From assembly GCA_035270825.1 (NCBI GenBank), contig DATESL010000004.1, forward strand, positions 54,712 through 118,711: a DNA stretch of 64,000 nt, written 5' to 3'. A model generated the notes under the pieces. That model was not told the origin of the DNA, did no database searches, and saw only the letters and a list, made by a program, of their open reading frames with translations. A program made the position numbers and the translations under genes. Each line of letters opens with the position of its first letter. Within the stretch, counting starts at the first letter, position 1. The stretch comes from Candidatus Onthovivens sp. (GTDB lineage Bacteria > Bacillota_I > Bacilli_A > RFN20 > CAG-826). Below, piece by piece: positions 28,901-39,299 of this stretch.

Positions 28901-29554
28901 CTAATCAATCTTTTTTTCAAGTAAGGATCCGCCCTTACTAGCGCCGATTCTGGTTGCACCAGCTTCGATCATTTCTAACATTTGTTCGTGACTTCTAACA
29001 CCACCTGAGGCTTTAACACCTAAATCAGGTCCAACTGTCTTTCTCATTAAAGCAACGTCATGGACGGTTGCTCCACCAGTAGAAAAGCCGGTAGAAGTTT
29101 TAACAAAGTCAGCTCCTGCTTCTTTTGCTAATAAACAAACTGCTTCAATTTCTTTATCATTTAATAAACATGCTTCAATAATAACCTTTAAAATATGCTC
29201 TGGTCCGCATACTTTTTTAATTGCAGCGATCTCTTTTGCGATTAATTTGAATTTCTTATCTTTTAAAGAACCAACATTAATGACCATATCGATTTCATCT
29301 GCACCATTTCTAATAGCATCTTTAGTTTCATAAACTTTTACTTTTGTAGTATTCATTCCTAAAGGAAAGCCAATTACGGTACAGACTTTAACATCGCTAT
29401 CTTTTAAAAGCTTTTTAGCTAATTTCACATAGTGAGGATTAATACAGCAAGACATTAAATTAAATTCAATTGCTTCATTACATAAAGCTTTAATATCTTT
29501 GCGTCTTGCGTCTTGTTTTAAGACGGTATCGTCAATAAATTTATTATATTTCAT
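28901..29554 (-). CDS. deoC: Deoxyribose-phosphate aldolase.
   Basis: CTVIGFPLG and Schiff-base lysine region VKTSTGF...KASGGVR. 217 aa. Confidence 0.9.
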   Translation of the reverse strand: MKYNKFIDDTVLKQDARRKDIKALCNEAIEFNLMSCCINPHYVKLAKKLLKDSDVKVCTVIGFPLGMNTTKVKVYETKDAIRNGADEIDMVINVGSLKDKKFKLIAKEIAAIKKVCGPEHILKVIIEACLLNDKEIEAVCLLAKEAGADFVKTSTGFSTGGATVHDVALMRKTVGPDLGVKASGGVRSHEQMLEMIEAGATRIGASKGGSLLEKKID

Positions 29555-29592
29555 AATTTCTCCTTAATAAAAAAATAAACTTTATAAAAAGC

Positions 29593-29769
29593 TTATTTTA
29601 CATCGATTACTTGTTTGCCATCGTAATAACCACATTTTGGACAAACTTGATGTGATTTAACCATAGCGCCACAATGAGAGCAAACTGCAAGTCCACTAAT
29701 TTCTAATTTATAGTGACTTCTTCTTAATCTTTTTCTTGTTTTACTCGTTCTTCTGAAAGGTACTGCCAT
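29593..29769 (-). CDS. rpmF: 50S ribosomal protein L32 (below the ORF-track cutoff; found by manual translation).
   Basis: [58 protein letters not shown] is close to B. subtilis L32 ([18 protein letters not shown]...CP.CG). RBS aggagg. Confidence 0.85.
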   Translation of the reverse strand: MAVPFRRTSKTRKRLRRSHYKLEISGLAVCSHCGAMVKSHQVCPKCGYYDGKQVIDVK

Positions 29770-29897
29770 AATAATTTCCTCCTAAACTATTAATATTATA
29801 AAGAGTTATATATAAATAGCAAGTATTTTATACATAATATAGTAAAATAGTTATTTGTTCGATTAAATCAACTAAATAAATTTTGACACTGACAAAA

Positions 29898-31184
29898 TTA
29901 CTTATATTTTACTACTTTTGTCCTACCGCATAAATTGACAGAACTTTTTACTGAAATTTCTAAAAAATTGGAGGAGTGTCCTTTATATTTTCCGTCTTTT
30001 TCATTAAAGCTTTCAAACAAAAACTCAATTTCCTTGCCAATAAACTTTGATTTATAGCGTTTTTCAAGCGTATTTGATAATGCAATTAGACATCTAGTAC
30101 GATCTTTTTTAACCTCTTGTGGAATTTGATTATCTAGTTTTTCGGCAACGGTGTTTTTCCTTGGAGAATAAGGAAATGCATGAACTTTTGAATATCCAAT
30201 TTCTTTAATAAAATTATAAGTCATTGAAAAGTCATCCTCAGACTCTCCTGGAAAACCAATAATTACATCAGTACTTAAAGCTATATCAGGTCTAATTTCT
30301 CTTATTGCATTTATTTTTTTGACATAATTAACCAGATTATATTTTCTGTTCATTCTTTTTAAAACATTCTCGCTGCCATTTTGTAATGGAATGTGTAAAT
30401 GATCAGCAATTTGTGGATAGATAGCTAATAATTTCAAAAATTTGTCATCAATCTGACTTTCTTCAATACTAGAAATTCTCAATCTGTATAAATTAGGATA
30501 AGAAACCAAAATTTCTTCAACCATATCACTAAATGTATAATCATCGTATAAATCCAATCCATAGCTCGCAGTATCAATTCCAGTCAAAACTACTTCGGAG
30601 TAACCATTATCGATTAAGCGACCTACTTCACTGAGAACATCCTCTTTTTTTCTACTTCTAGATCTTCCTCTAACATAGGGGATTAAACAATATGAACAAA
30701 AATTATTACAGCCATCTTGAATTTTCAAATAAGCTCTTGTATTAAATAAGAATTTATTAAGCTGAATACTTTCGTACTTCTTGACATCTTTTTCGTCATC
30801 AATTTGAATTATTTTACCATTAGTAGATTTATAGTCGTTTATTAGTGATAATATGTTAACTCTTCTATTTGTGCCAATAACTATATCTGCATTTAATATC
30901 TCTGATACATACTTATAATCATATTGAGAATAACATCCCATTACTATAAATATTGAATTAGGATACAAAGTTCGATAATGTCTAATCATCTTCTTATCCT
31001 TATTTACACTAGTTTCGGTAACTGCGCATGTATTGATGATAAAGACCGAAGGTTCAGCATCTTCTTCAGATGACAAAAAGCTGGTGTAACCAGCATTAAT
31101 TAAGTCGTTAGCAACACACTCAACTTCGTAACTGTTTACCTTACAACCTAAAAATAGAGTTTGAAAGGTTAAAGGTTTTTGCAT
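29898..31184 (-). CDS. mtaB: Radical-SAM methylthiotransferase, MiaB/RimO family, MtaB(YqeV)-like.
   Basis: N-terminal MTTase domain with 3 Cys (LGCKVNSYE...NTCAVT...MGCY). Radical SAM CNNFCSYCLIPYVRG. C-terminal TRAM-like domain. Confidence 0.8.
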   Translation of the reverse strand: MQKPLTFQTLFLGCKVNSYEVECVANDLINAGYTSFLSSEEDAEPSVFIINTCAVTETSVNKDKKMIRHYRTLYPNSIFIVMGCYSQYDYKYVSEILNADIVIGTNRRVNILSLINDYKSTNGKIIQIDDEKDVKKYESIQLNKFLFNTRAYLKIQDGCNNFCSYCLIPYVRGRSRSRKKEDVLSEVGRLIDNGYSEVVLTGIDTASYGLDLYDDYTFSDMVEEILVSYPNLYRLRISSIEESQIDDKFLKLLAIYPQIADHLHIPLQNGSENVLKRMNRKYNLVNYVKKINAIREIRPDIALSTDVIIGFPGESEDDFSMTYNFIKEIGYSKVHAFPYSPRKNTVAEKLDNQIPQEVKKDRTRCLIALSNTLEKRYKSKFIGKEIEFLFESFNEKDGKYKGHSSNFLEISVKSSVNLCGRTKVVKYK

Positions 31185-31933
31185 TTACATAGTTTCCTAA
31201 AAACATGGTAGCTAATTAATTGATTGTTATATAAATTAAAAATAAAATCAGTTAAATTTGTATTAAAATAAGCACTAATTGCAGGTTTTATTCTTTCAAG
31301 TAAATGTTCTTTGTTTGCTTTTTTAATATGTCTATCAAAAAGATAAATAGCATTATCCAAAGAACCTTGACGATTAATGATAAAAATTGTGTTTAAATCA
31401 TAGTGATAAAAAGCAACTGCTGTTGGATCTTCATCAATTTTGACAAATTTTGTAAATAATGAATCAAAAACATCTATTTTATAATTTTCAAATGGGTCAA
31501 CAACGAATTGCCCATATTTTCTAATAATTGTATCGTAAGGAACCAAACCAAATTTATCAGTGCTGTGTGAATAAATTTCATTTGTCACCTTGTTGAAAAA
31601 AGTAATGAATACTTTATATCCGTTGTATTTAATATAAGGAAGCCCTGTTGATCTTTCACGAATATTATCTAACATATCTTCTTTACTGTTTTTCCTTGAG
31701 TTAATGTGTTCTTCTTCAATTATATTATCTAAAGTATTCTTATTAATAATAGACTTAATAATAATATTTGCTCTGATGACATCAAAAAAGTTATCTCTAT
31801 CGGCATATTTTGAAAAATAAGGATCATCTTTCAAAAGATTGTAATATTTTTGAAAGAATTCTACTTCCTCACTTTTACGAAAATTTCTGTTGTTTCGTTC
31901 TTTTTCAAGAATTTTAAATATTGTTTTACTCAT
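31169..31933 (-). CDS. Hypothetical protein (~255 aa) in the slot where Bacillus has prmA; no recognisable motif.
   Basis: Uninterrupted ORF whose start overlaps the rsmE stop by a few nt. No SAM-binding glycine motif was seen, so it is not PrmA. Confidence 0.4.
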   Translation of the reverse strand: MSKTIFKILEKERNNRNFRKSEEVEFFQKYYNLLKDDPYFSKYADRDNFFDVIRANIIIKSIINKNTLDNIIEEEHINSRKNSKEDMLDNIRERSTGLPYIKYNGYKVFITFFNKVTNEIYSHSTDKFGLVPYDTIIRKYGQFVVDPFENYKIDVFDSLFTKFVKIDEDPTAVAFYHYDLNTIFIINRQGSLDNAIYLFDRHIKKANKEHLLERIKPAISAYFNTNLTDFIFNLYNNQLISYHVFRKLCKCKNL

Positions 31934-31935
31934 GT

Positions 31936-32646
31936 TTAATCCATATAAAATGATAATAAAGATAGGGCGTATATACAAGCAGTTTCGCTTCTAAGAATTC
32001 TTTTTCCTAAAGAAATCTGTTTATAACCATTATTAACAGCATATTCAACTTCTTTATTAGAAAAACCTCCTTCAGCTCCGACCATAATATTAACTCTTTT
32101 TCCTTTAATTGTATTTAAAACTTCAGAAAGCGTATCTTCCTTAAAGTCAGATCTCTCATATGCAATGAAAGAAAAATCAGCACTGTAAGTTTTAATATCC
32201 TTAAATTCAATAACGTCCTTTAAAATCATTTGTTTTTCTCTTTTTGATTGTTCTGTTGCTTCTTTAATAATTTTTTGAAATCTTAGAAGTTTTTTATCAA
32301 CATTATCATTAGAAATTTTAGCAATTGATCTCTCGCTATTTACTAAAACGATTTCATTACAACCTATTTCAACAGCTTTTTGAATAACTAACTCAAGTTT
32401 ACCGCCCTTTGGTAAACAATAAAATAAACGAATAAAACCATCAATTTCATGATTCTCTTCTACAATATTAATTATTTCAACCTTGAAAGGTTCTAAGGAA
32501 ACGATTCTACATAAATAAACTTTTCCTTCGTAAATCACTTCAATATTGGAATTAATCTTCATTCTCATAACTTTTTTAATATGAAAAATATCATCATTTG
32601 ACAAAATAACGTCTCGATCGAGAATGTTGACAACGTAACGTTGCAT
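31936..32646 (-). CDS. rsmE: 16S rRNA (uracil1498-N3)-methyltransferase RsmE (YqeU).
   Basis: ~236 aa. N-terminal PUA-like region and C-terminal SPOUT motifs (IMVGAEGGFSNKE, GKRILRSETA). Conserved position next to dnaJ/mtaB. Confidence 0.8.
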   Translation of the reverse strand: MQRYVVNILDRDVILSNDDIFHIKKVMRMKINSNIEVIYEGKVYLCRIVSLEPFKVEIINIVEENHEIDGFIRLFYCLPKGGKLELVIQKAVEIGCNEIVLVNSERSIAKISNDNVDKKLLRFQKIIKEATEQSKREKQMILKDVIEFKDIKTYSADFSFIAYERSDFKEDTLSEVLNTIKGKRVNIMVGAEGGFSNKEVEYAVNNGYKQISLGKRILRSETACIYALSLLSFYMD

Positions 32647-32647
32647 T

Positions 32648-33088
32648 TTATTTTATAAACACTCCATTTACGTCTTTAATAGTATTAAATAAATAATGGT
32701 ATAAATATAAGGAAAAATTAATAGAATATGTCAAAACTAATGCTATAATCACAGAAATAGCTATATCTAATTCTACTCCGTAAAAGAAAGCTAAGGTACA
32801 AATCCCAGTTAATAATAAATTAGCCCCAAATTGAATAAATCCTTTCAAGATAAAACCAAGATAAAAATAGCCTGCACCAAAAAATGCTAAAAGCGATCCT
32901 AAATAGACCAAGGTCTTCTTTTTACGAGTTTTAAACTTTAATTGAACTTCTGAAACTTGATCAATTTGTTGTGTTATATCTGTTGTTTGTTGTTCTCGGG
33001 AATCAATTGGTTTTTTTGCTCCACAAGCAGGACAGATATCCTTATCAAATTTAGAAATTCTCGCACTACAATATTTACATTTTGGCAT
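32648..33088 (-). CDS. Zinc-ribbon plus TM2-domain small membrane protein.
   Basis: N-terminal CKYC...CPACG. Then YLGSLLAFFGAGYFYLGFILKGFIQFGANLLLTGICTLAFFYGVELD fits the TM2-domain pattern (L..F.G..G...FYLG....G..Q...). Confidence 0.55.
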   Translation of the reverse strand: MPKCKYCSARISKFDKDICPACGAKKPIDSREQQTTDITQQIDQVSEVQLKFKTRKKKTLVYLGSLLAFFGAGYFYLGFILKGFIQFGANLLLTGICTLAFFYGVELDIAISVIIALVLTYSINFSLYLYHYLFNTIKDVNGVFIK

Positions 33089-33156
33089 ATTTTATCCCCT
33101 TTATTATTATATATGTAAAAAAATAAGTAGGCAATGATTGTCTACTTATTTTTAAC

Positions 33157-34314
33157 TTATTTTCTAAAAGACTTTTTAAATTTCCCAAATGGAGTTTCAT
33201 CTTTTTTTGACAAACTGCGGAAATTCTCAAGCATAGTTTTTTGGTCTTTTGATAAATTTGTAGGTGTTTTAGCCTCTATATGAACAAATTGATCACCATA
33301 ATTTTTTGAACGAACACTTTTTACACCCTTATCTTTAAGCTTTAAAATTTGATTTGGTTGTGTTCCGGCAGGTATTTTTAACTCAACTTCCCCATAGATT
33401 GTAGGAACAGTAATCTCGGTTCCTAAACATAAATCAATGAAATCAATCTGAGTATTGATATGAATATCATTACCACTTCTTTCAAATGTTTTATGTGGTT
33501 CAACAATAATTTCGATGATTAAATCACCATTCTGACCGCCATTGATTCCTCTGCCACCTTTTCCTCTAACATAAACTTCTTGTCCAGATTGAATTCCAGC
33601 AGGTATATTGAGATCAACTTTTTCAGTATTTTTTGTAAATCCTTTACCATTACATGTTGGACAAGTTACTTTAATTTTCTTTCCAGTCCCATTACAGTAT
33701 GGGCATACAGTTTCACTTTGAAATACCCCAAAAATTGAACGTTGTTGTTGTAAGACTCGGCCTTTGCCGCCACAATGTGAACAATTTTCAAGCTCAGTTC
33801 CGTTTTTTGCTCCATTACCACCACAATCTTTACAAGTTTGTTCAGTTGTAAGAGGAATTGTAAACTTTCTACCTAGAACAGAATCCATAAAATTAATTTT
33901 GATTCTCATAAAGGAGTTTTCACCATGACGTGGTCCATTAGGGTTTTGTGAAGTTCTTCCACCAAAGCTTTGTCCAAACATTTGAGCAAATAAATCGTTT
34001 AAATCGCCAAAACCACCGCTACCACCGCCAAAATTAAATCCTTCAAAACCAGTTCCGCTGAATGGATTTTGTCCTCCAGCTGATTGATCAAATGCAGAAT
34101 GACCGAATTGATCATATGTTTGTTTCTTGCTTTCATCACTTAAAACACTATAAGCTTCTGTTGCTTCTTTAAATTTTTCAGCATCACCAGTTTCCTTGTT
34201 ATCAGGGTGAAGTTTTTTTGCTAATTTTCGATAAGCACTTTTAATCTCAGCTTGTGTTGAAGCTTTATTGATCCCAAGTACATCATAATAATCTCTTTTT
34301 TCAGCCATATTCAT
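33157..34314 (-). CDS. dnaJ: Chaperone DnaJ.
   Basis: J-domain with HPD (KKLHPDN). G/F-rich linker. Four CxxCxGxG zinc-finger repeats (CKDCGGNG, CSHCGGKG, CPYCNGTG, CPTCNGKG). Confidence 0.95.
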   Translation of the reverse strand: MNMAEKRDYYDVLGINKASTQAEIKSAYRKLAKKLHPDNKETGDAEKFKEATEAYSVLSDESKKQTYDQFGHSAFDQSAGGQNPFSGTGFEGFNFGGGSGGFGDLNDLFAQMFGQSFGGRTSQNPNGPRHGENSFMRIKINFMDSVLGRKFTIPLTTEQTCKDCGGNGAKNGTELENCSHCGGKGRVLQQQRSIFGVFQSETVCPYCNGTGKKIKVTCPTCNGKGFTKNTEKVDLNIPAGIQSGQEVYVRGKGGRGINGGQNGDLIIEIIVEPHKTFERSGNDIHINTQIDFIDLCLGTEITVPTIYGEVELKIPAGTQPNQILKLKDKGVKSVRSKNYGDQFVHIEAKTPTNLSKDQKTMLENFRSLSKKDETPFGKFKKSFRK

Positions 34315-34381
34315 TTCTCCTATTTTAAATGGTTAAAGGGAAGTTATACTTCCCCTTAACTCTTTTTATACTAAATAACTA

Positions 34382-36226
34382 CTAATTTTTATCTGTAAAG
34401 TCTGCATCGATAACATCATCGTTTTTAGCACTGTTGTTTTCGGCTGAATTAGTATCCGAACCAGCATTGTCATTAACTGGAGCTTCTTGTTGTTGAGCTT
34501 GAGCATTTTGCATAAATGCAGCAGCCTTTTCTAAGTCTCCAATTTTACTTTTTAATGTTTCAATATCGTTATTGTCCAAAGCTGTCTTTAATTCATCTCT
34601 AAGTTTTTGAGTTTCTTCTTTTTGTTTTTCATCAATTGAATCACCTTTTTCTCTTAAAGATTGATCAATTGAGTTAATATAACTTTCAGCTTTATTCTTT
34701 AATTCTACTTCTTGTTTTCTTTTTTCATCGTTTTCTTTGTTGATTTCAGCTTCTCTGATCATTCTATCGATTTCTTCTTTGCTTAATCCGCTTGATTCAT
34801 TGATAGTAATTTCTTGTTCTTTTTTGGTATCTAAGTCTTTTGCTGAAACCTTAACAATTCCATTAACGTCGATATTAAAGGTAACTTCAATTCGTGGAGT
34901 TCCTCTTGGTGCAGGATTAATTCCTGTAAGTTGGAAGTGTCCAAGTAATTTGTTATCTCTAGCCATTTGTCTTTCGCCTTGATAAACAACAATATCAACA
35001 GCTGGTTGATTATCAGCAGCAGTCGAGAAAATTTGACTCTTTGTTGTTGGAATAGTAGTATTACGAGCAATTAATGGAGTCATAATTTCACCCATAGTCT
35101 CAATACCAAGGGTTAAAGGAGTAACGTCTAATAAAATGACATCCTTAACATCTCCACTTAAGATACCACCTTGAATAGCAGCACCAATTGAGACAGCTTC
35201 ATCTGGGTTAACACTTAAATTAACTTTTTTACCAGTAATTTTAGTAACTATTTCTTGAACAGCAGGCATTCTAATTGATCCACCAATTAATAATACTTCA
35301 TTAATATCATTAAATGATAATTTAGCATCTTTAATAGCAGTTTCTAATGGTTTAATACATCTATCTAACAAATGTTTAGTTAAATCTTGAAATTTAGCTC
35401 TTGAAAGAGTTGTCTCAAAACTAATTGGTCCATTTTTTCCTTGACCAATGAATGGTAAGGAAATAGTTGTTTCTAAAGAGCTTGATAACTCAATTTTTGC
35501 TTTTTCAGCTGCATCTTTATATCTTTGTAAAGCAGTTTTATCATTAATATCAATTCCATTTTCAATTTTAATTTGAGCTCTAATCCAATCAGCAATAACA
35601 TCATCCCAGTCATCTCCACCGAGTTTATTATCACCACTTGTTGACATAACTTCAAATGTTCCATCTCCAATGTCAAGAATTGAAACATCAAGTGTTCCGC
35701 CTCCTAAGTCAAAAACACAGATTTTCTCAGTCTTATTTGATCCTAAGCCATATGCTAAAGCAGCGGCTGTTGGTTCGTTGATGATACGAACAACTTCTAA
35801 TCCAGCAATTTCACCAGCATCTTTAGTAGCTTGTCTTTGAGCATCATTAAAGTATGCAGGAACAGTAATAACAGCCTTTTTAATGTTTTGGCCAATATTT
35901 GCGCTTGCATAGTCCTTCATATAACCAAGAATTTTTGCACTAATTTCTTGTGGGGTGAAATCCTTGTTACCATTTTTAACATGAACCTTCTCATTTGAAC
36001 CAATTAATCTTTTAATAGATGAAATGGTATCTGGGTTTGTAATTGATTGTCTTTTACCAGCATTACCGATAACAGTTTCGCCGTTTGGTTTAAAACCAAC
36101 AACGGAAGGGGTTGTAAGTGTTCCTTCTGGGTTTGGGATAACTTTTGGGTTACCATCACTTTGTAAATAACTAACAACTGAGTTTGTAGTACCTAAATCG
36201 ATACCTAAAATAATTTCTTTTGCCAT
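34382..36226 (-). CDS. dnaK: Chaperone DnaK (Hsp70).
   Basis: [31 protein letters not shown] and other Hsp70 signatures. Confidence 0.95.
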   Translation of the reverse strand: MAKEIILGIDLGTTNSVVSYLQSDGNPKVIPNPEGTLTTPSVVGFKPNGETVIGNAGKRQSITNPDTISSIKRLIGSNEKVHVKNGNKDFTPQEISAKILGYMKDYASANIGQNIKKAVITVPAYFNDAQRQATKDAGEIAGLEVVRIINEPTAAALAYGLGSNKTEKICVFDLGGGTLDVSILDIGDGTFEVMSTSGDNKLGGDDWDDVIADWIRAQIKIENGIDINDKTALQRYKDAAEKAKIELSSSLETTISLPFIGQGKNGPISFETTLSRAKFQDLTKHLLDRCIKPLETAIKDAKLSFNDINEVLLIGGSIRMPAVQEIVTKITGKKVNLSVNPDEAVSIGAAIQGGILSGDVKDVILLDVTPLTLGIETMGEIMTPLIARNTTIPTTKSQIFSTAADNQPAVDIVVYQGERQMARDNKLLGHFQLTGINPAPRGTPRIEVTFNIDVNGIVKVSAKDLDTKKEQEITINESSGLSKEEIDRMIREAEINKENDEKRKQEVELKNKAESYINSIDQSLREKGDSIDEKQKEETQKLRDELKTALDNNDIETLKSKIGDLEKAAAFMQNAQAQQQEAPVNDNAGSDTNSAENNSAKNDDVIDADFTDKN

Positions 36227-36245
36227 ATAATTTTTTCCTCCTAAA

Positions 36246-36830
36246 TTAAGCTTCTTTTATATTTTCAACTTCTTTTTTACTAACTTTAACCATTGCTGGC
36301 CTAATTAGATGGTCATGAAGTTTATACCCTTTTAATTGAACTTCTTTAACTAAATTTTCTTCACCGTCATCTTGAATAACTTCGATTGCATCCATATCAT
36401 TTTCATTAAATTTTGTATTAATTGTTGGATTAATGATTTGAATCCCTTCATTTTCAAGAATATTTATCAAATTTGAATGAACAAATTGAAACCCTTTTAA
36501 ATAATTTTTAACTTCATCATTCTGCGCTTCATATTTAAATGCAATATCGAACGAATCAAGAACATTTAATAAATCTGTGACAAATCCTTCAAGACGATAC
36601 TTAATTGCTTCATAATGATCTTTTTCAACATCTTTTCTTAAATTTTTCATATCAGCATAAGCTTTATAGTATTCATTTTTCCAATATTCAACATCAGTTT
36701 TAAGTCTTGCGATCTTATCGCCCTTTTTCTCGTTTTTTGACTCTTCTACTTTGTCTGTATCGTTTTTTTCAATATTTTCTTCTTCATTAACAAAATCTTT
36801 TACTTCATCATTCTTCTTCATCTGAATCAT
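36246..36830 (-). CDS. grpE: Nucleotide exchange factor GrpE.
   Basis: Coiled-coil N-terminus and the GrpE C-terminal beta domain. Lies between dnaK and hrcA. Confidence 0.85.
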   Translation of the reverse strand: MIQMKKNDEVKDFVNEEENIEKNDTDKVEESKNEKKGDKIARLKTDVEYWKNEYYKAYADMKNLRKDVEKDHYEAIKYRLEGFVTDLLNVLDSFDIAFKYEAQNDEVKNYLKGFQFVHSNLINILENEGIQIINPTINTKFNENDMDAIEVIQDDGEENLVKEVQLKGYKLHDHLIRPAMVKVSKKEVENIKEA

Positions 36831-37848
36831 CCCTTTCTTCTTTATGCAATTCTTTAAATCTCTTCATGGCTAATTCACCAATAAATTCAAGCATTGCAAT
36901 GACATTTGCGTAATCCATTCTTTTTGGACCGATTACAGCAATACGTCCATATTCTTCACCTTCAAGTCCAAGTTCCTTTGAAATAATTGACATATCATCG
37001 GAATATTCAATCGAGCTATTTAATCCAAGTAGTAATTCATCAGAGTGTTTAAAGAGTTTTTCAAATTCGGATGGATCATTGAATAAATCAAAGATCATTC
37101 GCATTCTTTCAATATCATCTTTAAATTCTGGTTGAGACAAGAGGTTTTCTTTACCAAAAAATTCATTACGAGCAGAATTCAAATCACTGAAAGTCTTAAT
37201 AAGTGTTAAATAGAGATAATTGTAATCTTCTACATAATCTTTAAATAACGGCTGTAAGTATTCAGTTTTCTTTGCTAACTCAGAAATTTTTGTTCCTTTT
37301 AGTCTCAAATCCAACATTTCTAAACATTTTTTAACATCGTCAACCTCAATACCATTATTAAGAACAAATGTTTTTGACTCAACATAGCCCTTATTAGTAA
37401 GAAAGATAGCCGTACAGCTATTTTTTGAAAGAGGAATTACCTGGATATTAGCCAAGTATTCACTTTCTGAACGAGGTCCTAAGACTACACTTGTTAAATT
37501 AGTCATTGAAGAGAGAATTTCACAGCTTTCTTTAATAACTTCTTCAATCGAGCCTGAGTTTTGAAATAGTTGAAGAATTTTCTTACGACTTGTGGAGTCT
37601 ACGTTGCGATCTCGAAGATTTTCTACATAATATTTATAACCTTTAGTCGAAGGTATTCTTCCACTTGAAGTATGAGTTTTTTCTAATAAACCATCTTTTT
37701 CAAGTTCAGACATCTCACTTCTAATAGTGGCGCTAGAATAAGGTAAATCATATTTTTCTAATAAATAATGAGAACCTACAGGTTGAGCATATTTAATAAA
37801 GTCTTCAATTATTAATTTAAATAATTTTTGTTTTCGATCTAAATTCAT
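36808..37848 (-). CDS. hrcA: Heat-inducible transcription repressor HrcA.
   Basis: N-terminal winged helix (GSHYLLEKYDLPYSSATIRSEMSELEKDGLLEKTHTSSGRIPS). Position before grpE-dnaK-dnaJ. CIRCE operators lie upstream. Confidence 0.9.
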   Translation of the reverse strand: MNLDRKQKLFKLIIEDFIKYAQPVGSHYLLEKYDLPYSSATIRSEMSELEKDGLLEKTHTSSGRIPSTKGYKYYVENLRDRNVDSTSRKKILQLFQNSGSIEEVIKESCEILSSMTNLTSVVLGPRSESEYLANIQVIPLSKNSCTAIFLTNKGYVESKTFVLNNGIEVDDVKKCLEMLDLRLKGTKISELAKKTEYLQPLFKDYVEDYNYLYLTLIKTFSDLNSARNEFFGKENLLSQPEFKDDIERMRMIFDLFNDPSEFEKLFKHSDELLLGLNSSIEYSDDMSIISKELGLEGEEYGRIAVIGPKRMDYANVIAMLEFIGELAMKRFKELHKEERDDSDEEE

Positions 37849-37863
37849 ATTGCCCTCCCTTCA

Positions 37864-37890
37864 TTAGCACTCACTTATCTAAAGTGCTAA
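37864..37890. promoter_or_regulatory. CIRCE operator (HrcA binding site) TTAGCACTC-N9-AAGTGCTAA.
   Basis: Near-perfect match to the CIRCE consensus TTAGCACTC-N9-GAGTGCTAA, directly upstream of hrcA on the minus strand. Confidence 0.85.
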
Positions 37891-37909
37891 GAATATAATA
37901 TCATAAAAA

Positions 37910-37936
37910 TTAGCACTGTCAAGTGATATGTGCTAA
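37910..37936. promoter_or_regulatory. Second, degenerate CIRCE-like inverted repeat TTAGCACTG-N9-ATGTGCTAA.
   Basis: 7/9 arm identity to CIRCE, 19 nt upstream of the first element. Confidence 0.5.
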
Positions 37937-37959
37937 AAATTTAAAATTATTTCAAAAAT

Positions 37960-39066
37960 CTATAAAAGTCGCAACAATACTTGGTTTAAGAGCATAATTC
38001 CTTCGTCTGTACAACGAAAATAATGCTTATTATATTCAATTAGATGGTTATTTTTTAAATATTTTATTGCTTCTTGATGAGTGGCTAAAAAATCTTCATT
38101 GAATATTTTTTTATATTTTTTCAATGAAAATCCTTTGCTCAATCTTAAATTTGTAATTAAAAAATATTCCTTCAATGCATTATGGTCAACAACTTCTTTT
38201 TCAATACTACGTTCACCGTTAAGATATTTTCTTAAATTAGCGGAAATATTATAACGAATATTATCAACATATCCATGACTGCCAATCCCAATCCCATAAT
38301 AAAAATCATTTTGCCAATAGGTTAAGTTATGTTTAGATTTTTTACTATTTCTAGCAAAATTTGATACTTCATAACGTTCAAATCCATTTTCTCTTAACTT
38401 TTGAAGCATATAGTCATATAGTTCTCGAGAATAATCATCCTCTACTTCTTTATATTTGTGATTATAAAAAAGTGTTCCTTTATTAATAGATAAAGAGTAG
38501 GCTGAAATATGATCTATTTTTAGTTTCAAAAATTGATCAATATCATCTTTAAAATCTTCAAAGGTTTGATCATGAAAACCATATATTAAATCAACATTGA
38601 TGTTTTTAAAATACTTACGAGCTAAAGCAATTAAATCATAATAATTAATACTATAAGAACGATCAATTTGTTCTAAAATTTTAGAATTAAAACTTTGAAT
38701 TCCAATCGAAATACGATTTACTTCATATTTTTTTAGAAGTTTAAGCTTTGATTTTGTTATTGATTCAGGGTTTAATTCAACCGTGAACTCACCTCCAAAT
38801 TTCAATAATTTAGAAGTTTTGACTAAAAGGTTCTCTAAATTCGCACAATTTAAAATAGAAGGCGTTCCGCCTCCTATGTAAATCGTTTTAAATTTTACTT
38901 TATTTTGATAAAAATAATCTAAATCTTTAAGAATTTCTTGAATATATTTATTCTCAGAATCAGAATTTGCCAATACCTTGGTAAAATCACAGTATGGACA
39001 AATTTTCTCACAAAAAGGAATATGAATATAAAGGCTATTTATCTTCCTTTTTATTATTTTTTTCAT
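37960..39066 (-). CDS. hemW: Radical-SAM heme chaperone HemW (oxygen-independent coproporphyrinogen-III oxidase-like; Bacillus hemN/yqeR slot).
   Basis: LYIHIPFCEKICPYCDF (CxxxCxxC), GGGTPS. Track ORF starts at 39105; a later Met is likely the real start. Confidence 0.8.
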   Translation of the reverse strand: MKKIIKRKINSLYIHIPFCEKICPYCDFTKVLANSDSENKYIQEILKDLDYFYQNKVKFKTIYIGGGTPSILNCANLENLLVKTSKLLKFGGEFTVELNPESITKSKLKLLKKYEVNRISIGIQSFNSKILEQIDRSYSINYYDLIALARKYFKNINVDLIYGFHDQTFEDFKDDIDQFLKLKIDHISAYSLSINKGTLFYNHKYKEVEDDYSRELYDYMLQKLRENGFERYEVSNFARNSKKSKHNLTYWQNDFYYGIGIGSHGYVDNIRYNISANLRKYLNGERSIEKEVVDHNALKEYFLITNLRLSKGFSLKKYKKIFNEDFLATHQEAIKYLKNNHLIEYNKHYFRCTDEGIMLLNQVLLRLL

Positions 39067-39286
39067 ATTCTTCAATTTGTTTTTGTGTTTCTGGATCTTC
39101 AACATCCTCTAAAAATTTATTTAAATTCTCGTCAACAAGCTTTTCTTCGTTTGGTTTTTCTTCCTTTTGATTTTTGTGAATGACCTTATGTAAAAGCCAA
39201 GCAGTTAAACCAATCACAGCAAAGAAAACAATAATAATGAAAATCCAAGTCCAAGTAGGTAATTCAAATAACACTAGTAAATTCAT
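39035..39286 (-). CDS. Small hypothetical membrane protein (one TM helix plus a charged K/E-rich tail). Its 3' end overlaps the hemW start region.
   Basis: IFIIIVFFAVIGLTAWLL TM helix. There is no homology I can name, so it may be a real lineage-specific microprotein or simply the true hemW upstream region. Confidence 0.3.
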   Translation of the reverse strand: MNLLVLFELPTWTWIFIIIVFFAVIGLTAWLLHKVIHKNQKEEKPNEEKLVDENLNKFLEDVEDPETQKQIEEYEKNNKKEDK

Positions 39287-39299
39287 ATTTTCTCCTTAT

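Noticed and set aside
39035-39105. Overlap of the 83-aa small ORF with the hemW 5' end as evidence of a frameshifted or pseudogenised hemW.
   Set aside because: The hemW radical-SAM motif and the rest of the protein are intact. The track's hemW start is simply an over-extended upstream Met, and a later Met preceding LYIHIPFC resolves most of the overlap.
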